A DNA stretch of 64,000 nt from a virus (IMGVR_UViG_3300035704_000001:1-64000), one strand, 5' to 3'. Positions 1 through 9,778 are shown, numbered from the stretch's first letter. Translations and numbers: made by a program. Notes: a model not told the origin generated them from the sequence alone.

Positions 1-52
1 CGAGTGCGCCGCCCCCGCCCACGATATCGCCCCGTTCTAGGAGCCCCCCGTG

Positions 53-283
53 ATGCACTACATCCTGACCCTGAGCCAGCCCGTCCGCGGGCTGCCCGCC
101 CCGGTGACCGCCACCTACGCCGGGGTGGCCGAGTTCGCGCCCGGCACCACCCGCAGCCGGGCGTACTCGGAGCTGTTCGCCAAGTACGCCGGGGCACTGC
201 AGCGCGAGACCGGGGCATCCGGCGCGCTGTCCGGGCCCACCGTGCTGTTCTTCTCGCTCGAACCCGACCAGATGGAGACCTGA
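53..283 (+). CDS. hypothetical protein
   Basis: GC3-rich ORF in a tight operon. Confidence 0.7.
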   Translation: MHYILTLSQPVRGLPAPVTATYAGVAEFAPGTTRSRAYSELFAKYAGALQRETGASGALSGPTVLFFSLEPDQMET

Positions 284-284
284 C

Positions 285-659
285 ATGGCCGAGATCACCA
301 GCACCGAGATGGACGAGACCTTCCGCAGGACCCTGGCCGCCGGCGCGGAGCACATCGCCTGCCTGCGCGCCCTGGACTGCGCTACCTGGGGCCCGGCCGC
401 CCCGCTGGCCCGGCTGTGCTTCGACGGGCAGGACGGCGGCTACTACGTGCACGCGGGCCTGGTGCACGACGCCGGGATGCCCGCCGGACGGTGGCTCACC
501 GCCGTCTCGGCCGTGTGGGTGCCTGAGCACGGCGGCCGCCGGTACGCGCTCGACGTCAAGCTGTCCGGCGCCGGTGCCCGGGACGGCCGCCTGCTGGCCG
601 ACCTGGTGCTCACCGCGGTGGTCACCGACCAGGCCGACCACTTCGAGGAGACCGGATGA
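285..659 (+). CDS. hypothetical protein
   Basis: GC3-rich ORF; ATGA overlap with next gene. Confidence 0.75.
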   Translation: MAEITSTEMDETFRRTLAAGAEHIACLRALDCATWGPAAPLARLCFDGQDGGYYVHAGLVHDAGMPAGRWLTAVSAVWVPEHGGRRYALDVKLSGAGARDGRLLADLVLTAVVTDQADHFEETG

Positions 660-1087
660 GCTACAGCCACGCCGCCGCGCTCCAGCGCACGCAGCCCCCG
701 CTGTCCCGGCTGGAGTTCCTGAACCGCCAGCTCGGGGAGTGGGCGAAGCTGAATCCCTCGCTGCGGTCGCTGCACAGCGAGTTCGAGGAGATCGCCCGGG
801 ACCTGCGCGAGGCCGGAGCGGGCAACATCCCGGCCGAGATCGGGCCCGAGCCGTACCGCAAGCTGACCCGCGAGGAGCGAATCGAGGCCCGGCACTGGCT
901 CCAGGTGCTGTCCGAGCTGGCCCGCTCGGTGCGCAACGCGATGGACCCGGTGCACGGCATGCCCGCGGTCAACGTGGCCGCCTGGGAGGACCAGCGGGCT
1001 TCGATGACCAAGGATCTGGACGCCTTCACCGCGCGGGTGCGCGCAGGCAAGCCCGCTGCTGGCGGCGTGGCGGACCGGAACGCCTGA
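656..1087 (+). CDS. hypothetical protein
   Basis: coupled ORF; TGATG overlap with next gene. Confidence 0.75.
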   Translation: MSYSHAAALQRTQPPLSRLEFLNRQLGEWAKLNPSLRSLHSEFEEIARDLREAGAGNIPAEIGPEPYRKLTREERIEARHWLQVLSELARSVRNAMDPVHGMPAVNVAAWEDQRASMTKDLDAFTARVRAGKPAAGGVADRNA

Positions 1088-1341
1088 TGGCCCAGTGCCC
1101 TGGCGAGGACTCGCAGTTGGCCCGGGAGCTGGACCTGTACGACCTCGCGTTCCTGGCCTGGTGCGGGGAGGACCCGGCCCGGGCGCTGGCCCGTGTCGGG
1201 ATCAGCGAGCCGTCGGCCCGGCGCTGGCTCGCTGACCCGGGCAAGTACCTGCCCGAGCGGCCCGAGACCGTGCCGTTCTACACCGTGCCCGGCGGAGAAT
1301 ATATCCCCCGCAGCCAGGAAGAATCTTCCCTGGTCTCTTGA
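1087..1341 (+). CDS. small protein with possible helix-turn-helix
   Basis: ATG overlaps upstream stop; PARALARVGISEPSARRWL resembles an HTH. Confidence 0.6.
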   Translation: MAQCPGEDSQLARELDLYDLAFLAWCGEDPARALARVGISEPSARRWLADPGKYLPERPETVPFYTVPGGEYIPRSQEESSLVS

Positions 1342-1367
1342 CTCAAGTCAGGTACTTCAGTTAGGCT
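1338..1367 (+). promoter_or_regulatory. class I promoter/operator
   Basis: TTGACTCAAGTCAGGT; TTGACT-N18-TAGGCT. Confidence 0.85.
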
Positions 1368-1402
1368 TGCCCTATAAGCAACCGACCGAAGGGGCAGGCA
1401 CC

Positions 1403-1933
1403 ATGACCGGCACGCAGGGCACCAAGACCCAGAAGTACCCGGGCACCTGCGACATCGACCTCACGGTGATCATCGCCGAGCGGCTGGCCGGCGGCGGCTC
1501 CCCGGTGACCGAGGCCTATGAGGTGCCGGATGAGTTCGCGCTGACCGAGGCCGAGCTGGCCGAGCTGTTCGCCGACCTGGCCATCACGCCGGGCGAGGCC
1601 ATCGACGCCGGCCACCCGCACGTCTGGGTCCTGGAGACCGGCGAGCTGTCCGAAGGCGGCCGCATCCTCGGCATCTACACCGAGGCCGACCTGGCCCGCG
1701 CCGACCTGGCCGGGCGCCTCGCGCAGATGCTCGACAACTTCGGCGAGCGCGAGGTCTCCCTGGCCACCTCCGACCCGGCGCTGCGCTCGGTCTACGCCGA
1801 AGTTCGCTGCGACTGGGTGCGCCTGGGCGCCGAGCTGGTCACCACCCAGGCTCAGGTCACCCCGCGCGACAGCCACTACATCGACATCGCCTGGACCGCC
1901 ATCGACAGCGCGCAGCCGGCCCTGCCCCGCTAG
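1403..1933 (+). CDS. hypothetical protein
   Basis: ATG after GGGGCAGGCA leader; acidic, GC3-rich. Confidence 0.8.
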   Translation: MTGTQGTKTQKYPGTCDIDLTVIIAERLAGGGSPVTEAYEVPDEFALTEAELAELFADLAITPGEAIDAGHPHVWVLETGELSEGGRILGIYTEADLARADLAGRLAQMLDNFGEREVSLATSDPALRSVYAEVRCDWVRLGAELVTTQAQVTPRDSHYIDIAWTAIDSAQPALPR

Positions 1934-1942
1934 CCTCCCGCA

Positions 1943-1973
1943 CAATGCCCCGGCCCGACAGGCCGGGGCATTG
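1943..1973 (+). terminator. hairpin terminator
   Basis: CAATGCCCCGGCC / GGCCGGGGCATTG 13-bp stem just after stop. Confidence 0.7.
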
Positions 1974-1980
1974 GTGTCTC

Positions 1981-2009
1981 TTGACACAAGTCAGGTGACC
2001 GCATACGAT
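1981..2009 (+). promoter_or_regulatory. class I promoter/operator
   Basis: TTGACACAAGTCAGGT; TTGACA-N17-TACGAT. Confidence 0.85.
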
Positions 2010-2051
2010 GGGACCCTACCGACCACCCACCCCCGACAGGGAAGGCATCAC

Positions 2052-2870
2052 ATGACCGAACGAGACCCGCTGGTGCTCATCCAGGAGGCGCTGACCGACG
2101 GCGAAGTCTGTCAGTTCCTGGACGAGGCCGCCCGGCGCTGGCCGGGCACCGAAGGCGCGCACGTCGCTGACGTGCTGGAGCTGACCATCTCGCACGACGA
2201 GTTCCTGGACCAGACCGAGCCGTTCTTCGAGGAGCACGGCGACCACCTCCCGGCCGCGGCCCCGAACACCGCCGCGCTGCACGCGCTCATCATCCTGGGC
2301 CGGGAGCTGACTATGGCGAACCTGATCGCGGTGCTGCTCAAGGCTGGCCTGATGCCCGTGCCCGCCGTGCCCGCGCTGCGCTGGCGGGTGGCCTCCGCCC
2401 CGTCCGGCGCGCAGCCCGCCCGGGCCGCCATCGGCTGGCAGGCCCAGGGCCGGGAGTTCTTCTACCTGACCGGCGCCAAGACCGCCGGCCCGGGTTACTT
2501 CCTGACCCGCTGGCCTATCGACGGAGCCACGCACCTGGATGACCTGACCGAGGCGTGCCGCAACGTCGCCGACGTCGACAGCGACATCGCCGGCCGCCGC
2601 CTGGCGGAGCTGTTCGAGGCCGGCGAGTCCATCCCCGAGATCGGCTGGTTCCCCGGCGCCCGTCCGGGCGCGGAGTACCGGCTGGCCGTGGACTCTGAGC
2701 CCGGCGGAGACACGGCCCTGGCTGACCTGCCCGCCATCTGGCGCCGGGCAGCGGCCCGGATGGGCAGCGCGGTGTCCTCGACGCTGGAAGGGTGCGCGAT
2801 GGCGCTGGAGCGGGCCCTGGCCGCGGAGCCCGAGGGCCAGCGCTGGCCGGGAGAGGACCCGCGCTCATGA
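2052..2870 (+). CDS. hypothetical protein
   Basis: ATG after CAGGGAAGGCA. Confidence 0.8.
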   Translation: MTERDPLVLIQEALTDGEVCQFLDEAARRWPGTEGAHVADVLELTISHDEFLDQTEPFFEEHGDHLPAAAPNTAALHALIILGRELTMANLIAVLLKAGLMPVPAVPALRWRVASAPSGAQPARAAIGWQAQGREFFYLTGAKTAGPGYFLTRWPIDGATHLDDLTEACRNVADVDSDIAGRRLAELFEAGESIPEIGWFPGARPGAEYRLAVDSEPGGDTALADLPAIWRRAAARMGSAVSSTLEGCAMALERALAAEPEGQRWPGEDPRS

Positions 2871-3160
2871 CCGTTACTGCGGACTACGTGCCGTCGCACC
2901 TGCTGGGTGCGGCGGCGGCCGAGCCCGCCGACCTGGTGGGACCGGAGCTGTACAGCATCGCCGGCGACGTGGCCGAGGCGGTCGAGAACCGGCGCGAGGA
3001 CTGGCTGGAGGTGGTCGACATGCAGCCGGTGCCCGCGGATGACCCGGCCCAGCGCCGCGTGGTCCTGCTGGCATCGGCCGAGGGCGGGCACGAGGTCGAG
3101 ATCACCGTCCGGCTGACCGGCCGGATGTACGACGAGGCGGGACTGGAGGTGCCGCGATGA
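2867..3160 (+). CDS. hypothetical protein
   Basis: ATGA coupling at both ends. Confidence 0.75.
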   Translation: MTVTADYVPSHLLGAAAAEPADLVGPELYSIAGDVAEAVENRREDWLEVVDMQPVPADDPAQRRVVLLASAEGGHEVEITVRLTGRMYDEAGLEVPR

Positions 3161-3381
3161 CCCGCAGGGCCGAACTGCTGACCAAGGCGGCGGACGCGCT
3201 CGACGACGGCATCGACCCGTTCACCGACGGATGGCTGAGCGAGAACAGGGTGTCGAGCGACGAGTGCCTGAGCCTGGCGCAGCAGCTGGCCATCGGGGCC
3301 CGGGTGGTGGCCTACGGGCTCGACCACCCGCGGTCCGAGGAAGGCGTGGGCGTGCTCATGTCGATGGCGAAGCAGCCATGA
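3157..3381 (+). CDS. hypothetical protein
   Basis: ATGA coupling. Confidence 0.75.
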   Translation: MTRRAELLTKAADALDDGIDPFTDGWLSENRVSSDECLSLAQQLAIGARVVAYGLDHPRSEEGVGVLMSMAKQP

Positions 3382-4070
3382 CCGAGTGCGCGAACCCGGA
3401 CCACATGTTCGGCCCGGCCGAGGTCTGCGCGGGCTGCCACGCCGCGCTGGAGGCCGCGCACACCGCGCTCAACGACCGGTACATGCTCCTGATGACCGAG
3501 AACCGGGAGCTGATGCGCAAGGTGGCCGAGGCCGAGCACCAGGGCGACGTCATCCCGCTGCCGCACCCGCTGCACGCCGGGGCCGCCGCGTACGAGTCTG
3601 GCGAGCGCGGGTTCGAGGCGGTGCAGGGCACGGACGCGCTGCAGGTGCTGCCGCGCAGCCGCAAGCCGTCCGAGGACGTCGCGGTGATCCGGATCTTCCA
3701 GCGGACCATGGGCCCTCACTCATCCGGGCGCGGCCAGCTGCTGACCCGTGCCACCGCGGCCACGCTGCACGCGTGGCTCGGGTGGTGGCTGGAGAACGGC
3801 TGGCCGGGCGTCCCCCGGCGCTGCGGTGACGAGTACAGCAAGCCGAAGGTGGCTACCTGGCGGTGCGACCAGGACCCGGGCCACCTGGACAGCCACGAGG
3901 GCCCGGCCATCGGCTGGTACTCCCCCGCGGGCAAGCCGGACCGCGAGTCCTGGCCGCTGCCCGAGGAGGTCCGCCGGGCCCGGTACCGGTCGGTGCTGGC
4001 CTCGGCCGGGGCGGTTGCGGACGCGGCCGAGTTCCGGCAGATCCTGGACGACTACCGGGCCGGAGGGTAA
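3378..4070 (+). CDS. hypothetical protein with Cys/His clusters
   Basis: ATGA coupling; CxxC and C..C...H...H motifs. Confidence 0.75.
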   Translation: MTECANPDHMFGPAEVCAGCHAALEAAHTALNDRYMLLMTENRELMRKVAEAEHQGDVIPLPHPLHAGAAAYESGERGFEAVQGTDALQVLPRSRKPSEDVAVIRIFQRTMGPHSSGRGQLLTRATAATLHAWLGWWLENGWPGVPRRCGDEYSKPKVATWRCDQDPGHLDSHEGPAIGWYSPAGKPDRESWPLPEEVRRARYRSVLASAGAVADAAEFRQILDDYRAGG

Positions 4071-4181
4071 GCCTGACCCCCCGGGGGCTAGTGCTGGCCG
4101 GCCCCCGGGGCAGGCACCCCCCGCACGGCCAGTATCCCGCAGATCGTATACATTTCCTACCCGCGCAGGGAAAACTTCGTA

Positions 4182-4210
4182 TTGACTCAAGTCAGGTGAC
4201 GCGGTAGACT
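4182..4210 (+). promoter_or_regulatory. class I promoter/operator
   Basis: TTGACTCAAGTCAGGT; N17; TAGACT. Confidence 0.85.
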
Positions 4211-4247
4211 GGCGCTACTAACCACCGACCCCCCAGGGCAGGCAGAG

Positions 4248-4598
4248 ATGACCCAGGACCATGAGGACATGATCGCCGCGATGGCGGCCGCGAGCGAGCG
4301 CGAGCGCGAGCCCACCGCGGGCTGCCCGGACGGGCGCAGCAAGTGGCACACCGCCGGCCGGCTGATGGACGAGCAGGACTTCGACCCGGGCGGCGTCACC
4401 GAGCTGCACCGCCTAGCCGGCCACCTGGTGCGCAAGGGCCTGGCGGCCCGCCGGACCACGCTGGGCGTGACCCGGTGGGCGCTGACCGAATCCGGTGCCG
4501 GGTACGCCCGGGCCCTGGCCCGGCGGGTCACCCCGGCCGAGGTCCCCGCGCCCCGCGGCCGGGCTGACCGCAAGATGCTGGCGAGGAGCGGATCATGA
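4248..4598 (+). CDS. possible winged-helix DNA-binding protein
   Basis: LxxLVRKGLA...WALTESG pattern typical of a wHTH wing; CAGGGCAGGCA leader. Confidence 0.55.
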   Translation: MTQDHEDMIAAMAAASEREREPTAGCPDGRSKWHTAGRLMDEQDFDPGGVTELHRLAGHLVRKGLAARRTTLGVTRWALTESGAGYARALARRVTPAEVPAPRGRADRKMLARSGS

Positions 4599-4936
4599 GC
4601 ACGCACGGGACGCTGGCGCATACCGAGAGCTGGTCGTTCAGCATCGAGCGCGACGAGACCGACGCCTGGCCGGACTCCCCGCTGCCCTACAGCCAGGTCG
4701 GCGCCATGTTCCGGCCGGAGCAGGTGCACGTCGAGCTGATCCGCGACGCCCGCGAGCCGCGCCTGACCGTGACCGGCTGGCGCCTCAAGGGCGACGGCAC
4801 GCCGGGCCGCCAGGATGTCCGGGTCCGGTGGTACGACGTCGACAAGCTGGGCGGCGACTGGGTGGCCGAGATCGTCAACCACTGGCGCCTGGGGCTCGGG
4901 CTCGGCCCGGGCAACACCGGCGTGGACTGGAGCTGA
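4595..4936 (+). CDS. hypothetical protein
   Basis: ATGA coupling. Confidence 0.75.
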   Translation: MSTHGTLAHTESWSFSIERDETDAWPDSPLPYSQVGAMFRPEQVHVELIRDAREPRLTVTGWRLKGDGTPGRQDVRVRWYDVDKLGGDWVAEIVNHWRLGLGLGPGNTGVDWS

Positions 4937-4938
4937 TC

Positions 4939-5331
4939 ATGATCAAGCAGTTCACCTGGGACTGGCAGGAGCAGCCGCCGCTGGACGACATCGCCGCGGA
5001 GACCGAGGCGATGTCCGCGAAGGGCAAGGTCTGGATCTACCGGCCCGAGACCGGCACCGACAGCTACGCCCTGCTGCTGTCTCCGCGGGCGCTGACGATC
5101 GAGCAGGTGCAGAAGGTCTACGACGAGCCGGACGCGCAGGTCCGCGTCCGGGTGAGCATCGAGACGCCCGCCGGGCCCGTGGTCGAGTTCTTCGAGATGG
5201 ACCTGGCCGAGCTGATCGGCCTGACCGAGGCGAAGCGGTCGGAGACCGTCACCGAGGCGGCTGCGGACGTCGTGAACAACATCTGCAGCTGGGGCGTCGA
5301 AGAAGTCGATGGCGAGGATGAGGACGAGTGA
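4939..5331 (+). CDS. hypothetical protein
   Basis: MIKQFTWDW...; GC3-rich. Confidence 0.75.
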   Translation: MIKQFTWDWQEQPPLDDIAAETEAMSAKGKVWIYRPETGTDSYALLLSPRALTIEQVQKVYDEPDAQVRVRVSIETPAGPVVEFFEMDLAELIGLTEAKRSETVTEAAADVVNNICSWGVEEVDGEDEDE

Positions 5332-5507
5332 TCCGCTACGACCTCACGCTGGTCATCGTGCCGAAGGAAGGGGCCACGCCCGCGGGCGTGGCCCCGGCCC
5401 TGCCGTCCCTGGACGAGCTGTGCGGCCACCTGGCCCCGCTGTTGGCCCGGGGCACCGAGCGGCACCAGCTGCTTGGCTTCACCGTCACGGAGGTAACCCA
5501 GTCATGA
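5328..5507 (+). CDS. small hypothetical protein (59 aa)
   Basis: GTGA/ATGA coupling at both ends; missing from ORF track. Confidence 0.65.
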   Translation: MIRYDLTLVIVPKEGATPAGVAPALPSLDELCGHLAPLLARGTERHQLLGFTVTEVTQS

Positions 5508-5758
5508 AGCCATCGAGAGACGCTGACCGGCCGTCGTGCCTGGCCATGAACCCGAACAACCGGCAAGCGACCGCTGACCGGCGCACCAGGCTGCTGGCGG
5601 TGTTCCTCGCGCTGGATGAGGACACCCAGGCCGACCTGCTGGAGGCCGTCGAGACGATGGCGCACCGAGCCTCCGGGGTGGACCCCGAGCGCGACGAGGC
5701 CCGCCGCATCATCCGGCAGATGTACGAGGCAGCAGGATGGGGAGGCCAGGCCCGGTGA
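5504..5758 (+). CDS. hypothetical protein
   Basis: GGAGG RBS; coupling. Confidence 0.7.
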   Translation: MKPSRDADRPSCLAMNPNNRQATADRRTRLLAVFLALDEDTQADLLEAVETMAHRASGVDPERDEARRIIRQMYEAAGWGGQAR

Positions 5759-5964
5759 GAATCGTTCTCAACATCGGAGAGTCCAGGGCCGACGTCCCGG
5801 CCGTGCTCCGGGCTATGGACGGCGACGGCCTGGATCTGGTCGGGGTGGACGGCTCGCACGTCGGCTGCCGGATCGCTGGCATCGTCGAGGAAGGCCACCC
5901 CGGGCTCCTGGACCCGGACCAGGTGGAGCAGGTCTGGATTTCGCCGCTGGAAGGAAAATCTTGA
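5755..5964 (+). CDS. hypothetical protein
   Basis: GTGA coupling. Confidence 0.7.
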   Translation: MRIVLNIGESRADVPAVLRAMDGDGLDLVGVDGSHVGCRIAGIVEEGHPGLLDPDQVEQVWISPLEGKS

Positions 5965-6260
5965 TGAACCCGGCACTGGACCCCCAGAGCTACCGATTCC
6001 TGCCGTTGGCCGAGGCGGTGAATCCGCCTAAGCAGGGCCTGTTCACGCACTGGGTCAACGCCTGGTGGCTTGTCCACCCGGACAAGGGCCTGCTGTTCTA
6101 CCGGTTCGGCCGGCGCCGCGGGTGGGGCTCGCCCCAGTGCAATACCGACGAGCGAGTCACCCGGATGCTGTTCGAGAAGGCTCCGCCCCCGTTCGAGGGC
6201 ATCGAGGTGCAGCACCTCCCGTCGGCCTGGGTACCGGCCGACCCGGACGACTACCGCTGA
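5964..6260 (+). CDS. hypothetical protein
   Basis: TGATG coupling; Trp-rich. Confidence 0.7.
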   Translation: MNPALDPQSYRFLPLAEAVNPPKQGLFTHWVNAWWLVHPDKGLLFYRFGRRRGWGSPQCNTDERVTRMLFEKAPPPFEGIEVQHLPSAWVPADPDDYR

Positions 6261-6270
6261 GGAGAAAATC

Positions 6271-6456
6271 ATGGCTGACCGCGAGCTGCGCAGGGCACTG
6301 CGCGAGGTCCGCCGGGACGGGATCAGGCAGGCCCGCGCCCGCACTTCGACCAAGGACGAGTCCGAGGACGGATCGGCCGCCGCGCACCTGGCCGATGACG
6401 CCATCCGGGCCATCAGCCCGCTGCCGTGGAGAAGGGCCAGCCGCCGGGATTGCTAA
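6271..6456 (+). CDS. small hypothetical protein
   Basis: GAGGAG RBS then ATG. Confidence 0.65.
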   Translation: MADRELRRALREVRRDGIRQARARTSTKDESEDGSAAAHLADDAIRAISPLPWRRASRRDC

Positions 6457-6493
6457 TGTCACCCCCGGTGTGTAGACTTGACTCAAGTCAGGT
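6450..6493 (+). promoter_or_regulatory. promoter with class I motif downstream of -10
   Basis: TTGCTA-N17-TAGACT overlapping TTGACTCAAGTCAGGT (6478-6493). Confidence 0.7.
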
Positions 6494-6517
6494 GAACGAA
6501 CCACTAAGGGGCAGGCA

Positions 6518-6661
6518 ATGGCAGCAAACGGGACTCCCACCCTCAAGAGCGACGAGAACCCGCTCGACCAGCCGGCGATGACCGGCAACCAGATCACCGG
6601 CTCGGTCACCACGACCGACCACCCCATCAGCCGCGCCGATTACCGCGTGGACGCGCCGTGA
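6518..6661 (+). CDS. small hypothetical protein (47 aa)
   Basis: ATG after GGGGCAGGCA; stop overlaps next GTG. Confidence 0.65.
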   Translation: MAANGTPTLKSDENPLDQPAMTGNQITGSVTTTDHPISRADYRVDAP

Positions 6662-7344
6662 CCATCGCGACCCGGGGGCGCAGCTACCTGCGCCCCCAGC
6701 CGTGGCAGCTGGCCGCCGGGCCTGGTGACGGCCGCTGGGGCGTGCAGGCCACGCGCTACACCTACATGAACGCCCAGTGCCGGTACTGCGGGGTCTACTG
6801 CGACGGGCCCGCTAACAGCGTGACCGCGCACCCCCGGGCCGAGTGCCGGGCCTGCGGGACTCCCCAGTGCGACAGGGGCACCGACTGCGTGGTGTGCATG
6901 ATCGGCTTCCTGCGCATCCCGTACGGGGAGAGCACCGCCTGCGGCTACGCCCGGTGCGGCAAGCCGGCCGTCGCCAGGGCGCCGCGCATCGGCCGGGCCT
7001 GTGCGTACCACCTGACCCAGGCCAAGTCCCGCGGCCAGACGCTGGCCGATGGCATCGCCAACTACGTGCGGCTGCGGGAGCTGGGCGGGCTGGACTGGCA
7101 GAAGCTGGCCTGGTTCGGGCCGGAGCGCCGCTACGCGGTCCGCCGCTGGCACAACGACGGACGCCCCGGCTGGATCACCGGCAAGGACCCGAAGGGCTTC
7201 GAGACGGCCGGCGCGGCCGACCGCGAGGCTGCCGCCTGGAATGACCCGCGCGCCTCGGACGGCTGGCACGCCGAGCGCGTGGTGCTGACGGACGAGCTGC
7301 GCGCGGAGATCCTGGCCTGGGCCAAGAAGACGACGAGGAGCTGA
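6658..7344 (+). CDS. Cys-rich putative zinc-binding protein
   Basis: several CxxC pairs. Confidence 0.75.
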   Translation: MTIATRGRSYLRPQPWQLAAGPGDGRWGVQATRYTYMNAQCRYCGVYCDGPANSVTAHPRAECRACGTPQCDRGTDCVVCMIGFLRIPYGESTACGYARCGKPAVARAPRIGRACAYHLTQAKSRGQTLADGIANYVRLRELGGLDWQKLAWFGPERRYAVRRWHNDGRPGWITGKDPKGFETAGAADREAAAWNDPRASDGWHAERVVLTDELRAEILAWAKKTTRS

Positions 7345-7346
7345 TC

Positions 7347-7757
7347 ATGCTCGATGACATCCACCTGACCCCGAAAGAGCTGGAGATGCTGGAGCGCGCG
7401 GCCGAGCACGTCGGCGCGAACCTGGTCACGGACTACCGCGGCCCTTTCCGGCCGGCGGGCCAGGCCGAGTCGATCGCCCTGCTGTGCCCCGGTCCCGGCT
7501 CGCTGGTCTGGTTCGGCGGCGTGCTGGGCCTGTGCCTGGACATCGACAAGCGCCTGCTTGACCGGTTGATTTCCCGGATACAGGAGGCGCCGTGCGGCGA
7601 CCGCCGCGTTTACTACTGGCCGGGTATCCTCGCGCCGGCTCCCGGGGCCGAGCCGGCGGACAACGGCGACTTCGACCGGGTTATGGCGAGCCTGGGCGAC
7701 CTGGGCGACGACCCCGCCATAGCGAGCCGCTACCCGAGTCCGGAAGGCTTCCAGTGA
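7347..7757 (+). CDS. hypothetical protein
   Basis: GAGGAG RBS. Confidence 0.75.
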   Translation: MLDDIHLTPKELEMLERAAEHVGANLVTDYRGPFRPAGQAESIALLCPGPGSLVWFGGVLGLCLDIDKRLLDRLISRIQEAPCGDRRVYYWPGILAPAPGAEPADNGDFDRVMASLGDLGDDPAIASRYPSPEGFQ

Positions 7758-8161
7758 TCCGCGAGGCGAAGTTCACCCAGGGCCACCAGCCCTACGCGGT
7801 GGACCTGGAAAGCTTCCGGCCGCGCGGCCCGGAGCTGAGCAGCGCCAAGATCAGCGCCGTGTGGTTCCGGCGCCGCCGGGCCGGCTACACCGGCCCGCTG
7901 CAGACCGTGGCCTGCGCCGGCTACATCTCCGAGTGCCTGGTCGACCCGGCCCCGGCCGACGCGGCCGACTTCCTGGCCCGGATGGCGGACGGCCGCTACG
8001 GCGGGCACTGCCTGGCCCGCTGGAACGGCACCGAGCTGTGGGCCCCCGGCGCGGCCGAGGACCAGCGCGCGGACTACCTGTCCGTGCTGGGGCCGATGCT
8101 GGCCGCCTACCCGGCCTGCCCGGATGGCTGGGATGGCTGGTGGACGTTCCGTGGCTGCTGA
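7754..8161 (+). CDS. hypothetical protein
   Basis: GTGA coupling. Confidence 0.7.
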   Translation: MIREAKFTQGHQPYAVDLESFRPRGPELSSAKISAVWFRRRRAGYTGPLQTVACAGYISECLVDPAPADAADFLARMADGRYGGHCLARWNGTELWAPGAAEDQRADYLSVLGPMLAAYPACPDGWDGWWTFRGC

Positions 8162-8390
8162 CCGCAACCCCTTCACCACGCCCGAGGCCCTGGCTGACTG
8201 GGAGCGGGACCTCGCCGCCGCGGACGCTGCGCTGGGCCGGATGGTGCAGCAGACCCGGGCTGGCCGGCGCGGCCAGGCCAGCGCCGTAGTCAGCGCGCAC
8301 CTCGCGGTGCAGATGCTCGACCCGATCACGTGCCAGAGCCTGCTCACTGCGGCCGTCGCCCGGCTGGCCTTCCCGCCGGACAAGCCGTGA
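8151..8390 (+). CDS. hypothetical protein
   Basis: GC3-rich; overlapping start. Confidence 0.65.
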   Translation: MAADRNPFTTPEALADWERDLAAADAALGRMVQQTRAGRRGQASAVVSAHLAVQMLDPITCQSLLTAAVARLAFPPDKP

Positions 8391-8563
8391 CCGAGTGCGA
8401 GCCCGGCAGCTGCGCGCTGTGCGGGGACCCGGACGACCTCGTGCTGGACGTCCCGGTGATAACGGCGGACGGGCCGGCGGTCCGCAGGCTGTGCGCGGCC
8501 TGCCTGGCCGTCGTGCTGGCAGCCGTGACGCACGAGGCCCGCAAGCTGCGCGGGCAGCCGTGA
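8387..8563 (+). CDS. small CxxC...CxxC protein
   Basis: CALC and CAAC; GTGA coupling. Confidence 0.65.
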   Translation: MTECEPGSCALCGDPDDLVLDVPVITADGPAVRRLCAACLAVVLAAVTHEARKLRGQP

Positions 8564-8565
8564 CC

Positions 8566-8883
8566 ATGTGCCGGTGCTTCCGGGCCGAGTGGTGCTACAA
8601 GTCCTACACCTGGTGCGAGCCCGGGCCCGAGCACACCCGGACCGGCATGTCCGCGGCCGAGGGCATCGACGGCGAGGCGCTGATGGTCGGCCGTCCCGTC
8701 CCGGGGCACCTGGGCGCCTGCGCGCACAAGGCGTGCTCGCACGGCATCTTGTGGCACTACCGGCCGAGCGGGACCAGCGCCCGGCCCGGGGCGGCCTGCC
8801 TGGTTCCCGGCTGCCCGTGCCCCGGCCTGCTGCGTCACACCCTCACCCGCCAGGAACTGCGGAACCAAGATCCTGCCTCTTGA
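8566..8883 (+). CDS. Cys/His-rich hypothetical protein
   Basis: ORF fills gap up to next promoter. Confidence 0.65.
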   Translation: MCRCFRAEWCYKSYTWCEPGPEHTRTGMSAAEGIDGEALMVGRPVPGHLGACAHKACSHGILWHYRPSGTSARPGAACLVPGCPCPGLLRHTLTRQELRNQDPAS

Positions 8884-8937
8884 CTCCAGTCAGGTGACCG
8901 CATATGCTGGGGTCACCGACTAAGACAGGGTGAGGCA
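8879..8937 (+). repeat. 59-bp class I promoter+leader unit, copy 1
   Basis: identical to 15121-15179; TTGACT-N17-TATGCT then CAGGGTGAGGCA. Confidence 0.9.
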
Positions 8938-9336
8938 GTGGACATCGAAGACATCGAGCAGATCCAGGAATGGATGCTCGACCAGGACACCCCGATGGCG
9001 CCGTGGGCGCCTCGCCAGGCGCACGTGTACTACCTGGAGATCGACTACCCGGCCGGCTCGAAGGCCCCGGGCTGGAAACCCGCGTGCTGGGCTGAGCTGC
9101 TGGACCTGGTGCCCAAGGGCGGACAGCGCCGCCAGGCCGCGCGCCGCGGGTTCCGCTGGCCGCGCGAGCGGATGTTCCTGTCCGGCTCGTCCGCCTACCG
9201 CCGCGCGAACCTGCTCACCTGGTGCGGGGCACGGGTCCAGGTGCACCGCTCGTTCCCGGTGCAGTGGCCCTGGGTCCCGGTGCCCGTCGAGTTCGACGCG
9301 ACCGGCATCCCGGTGGCCCGGGAGCTGGCGGCATGA
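8938..9336 (+). CDS. hypothetical protein
   Basis: GTG right after leader motif. Confidence 0.75.
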   Translation: MDIEDIEQIQEWMLDQDTPMAPWAPRQAHVYYLEIDYPAGSKAPGWKPACWAELLDLVPKGGQRRQAARRGFRWPRERMFLSGSSAYRRANLLTWCGARVQVHRSFPVQWPWVPVPVEFDATGIPVARELAA

Positions 9337-9455
9337 GCACGGCTAACGGCTGGCTGGCTGTCATTGCGGTCGCTATCTCAGTCTGCGCGCTCGGCCTGGG
9401 CGCTATCAGCCTCACGCTGGGCGGCATCCTGGCCGAGCTGAGGAAGCGGCCATGA
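9333..9455 (+). CDS. small membrane protein (40 aa)
   Basis: single hydrophobic helix; ATGA coupling at both ends. Confidence 0.65.
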   Translation: MSTANGWLAVIAVAISVCALGLGAISLTLGGILAELRKRP

Positions 9456-9778
9456 CCGAGAAGCTGAATTTCGGAGCGGGCGCCTGGGCGAGCACCCAGG
9501 GCGAGTACGGGTTCTGGTGCGCGGGCGACCCCGGCTGGCTCCCGGCCACGGACCTGTTCAGGAAGACCGTCAACCTCGGCACCAAAGACGGCCTGGTCTA
9601 TGACTCCGTGATCATCGGCGGGGTGTTCCCGGACGGCACGCTCGCGTTCCGGCCGGGCGTCGGCCGGGTCGGCTGGCCGCACCAGCCCGGGCGCGAGCCC
9701 CGGACGGTAGAACCGGGCGAGTGCGTCCCGGTGACCGAGATCGCCCGCGGCTACGTCCACGAGGGCGGCACGCCGTGA
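9452..9778 (+). CDS. hypothetical protein
   Basis: coupled ORF. Confidence 0.75.
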   Translation: MTEKLNFGAGAWASTQGEYGFWCAGDPGWLPATDLFRKTVNLGTKDGLVYDSVIIGGVFPDGTLAFRPGVGRVGWPHQPGREPRTVEPGECVPVTEIARGYVHEGGTP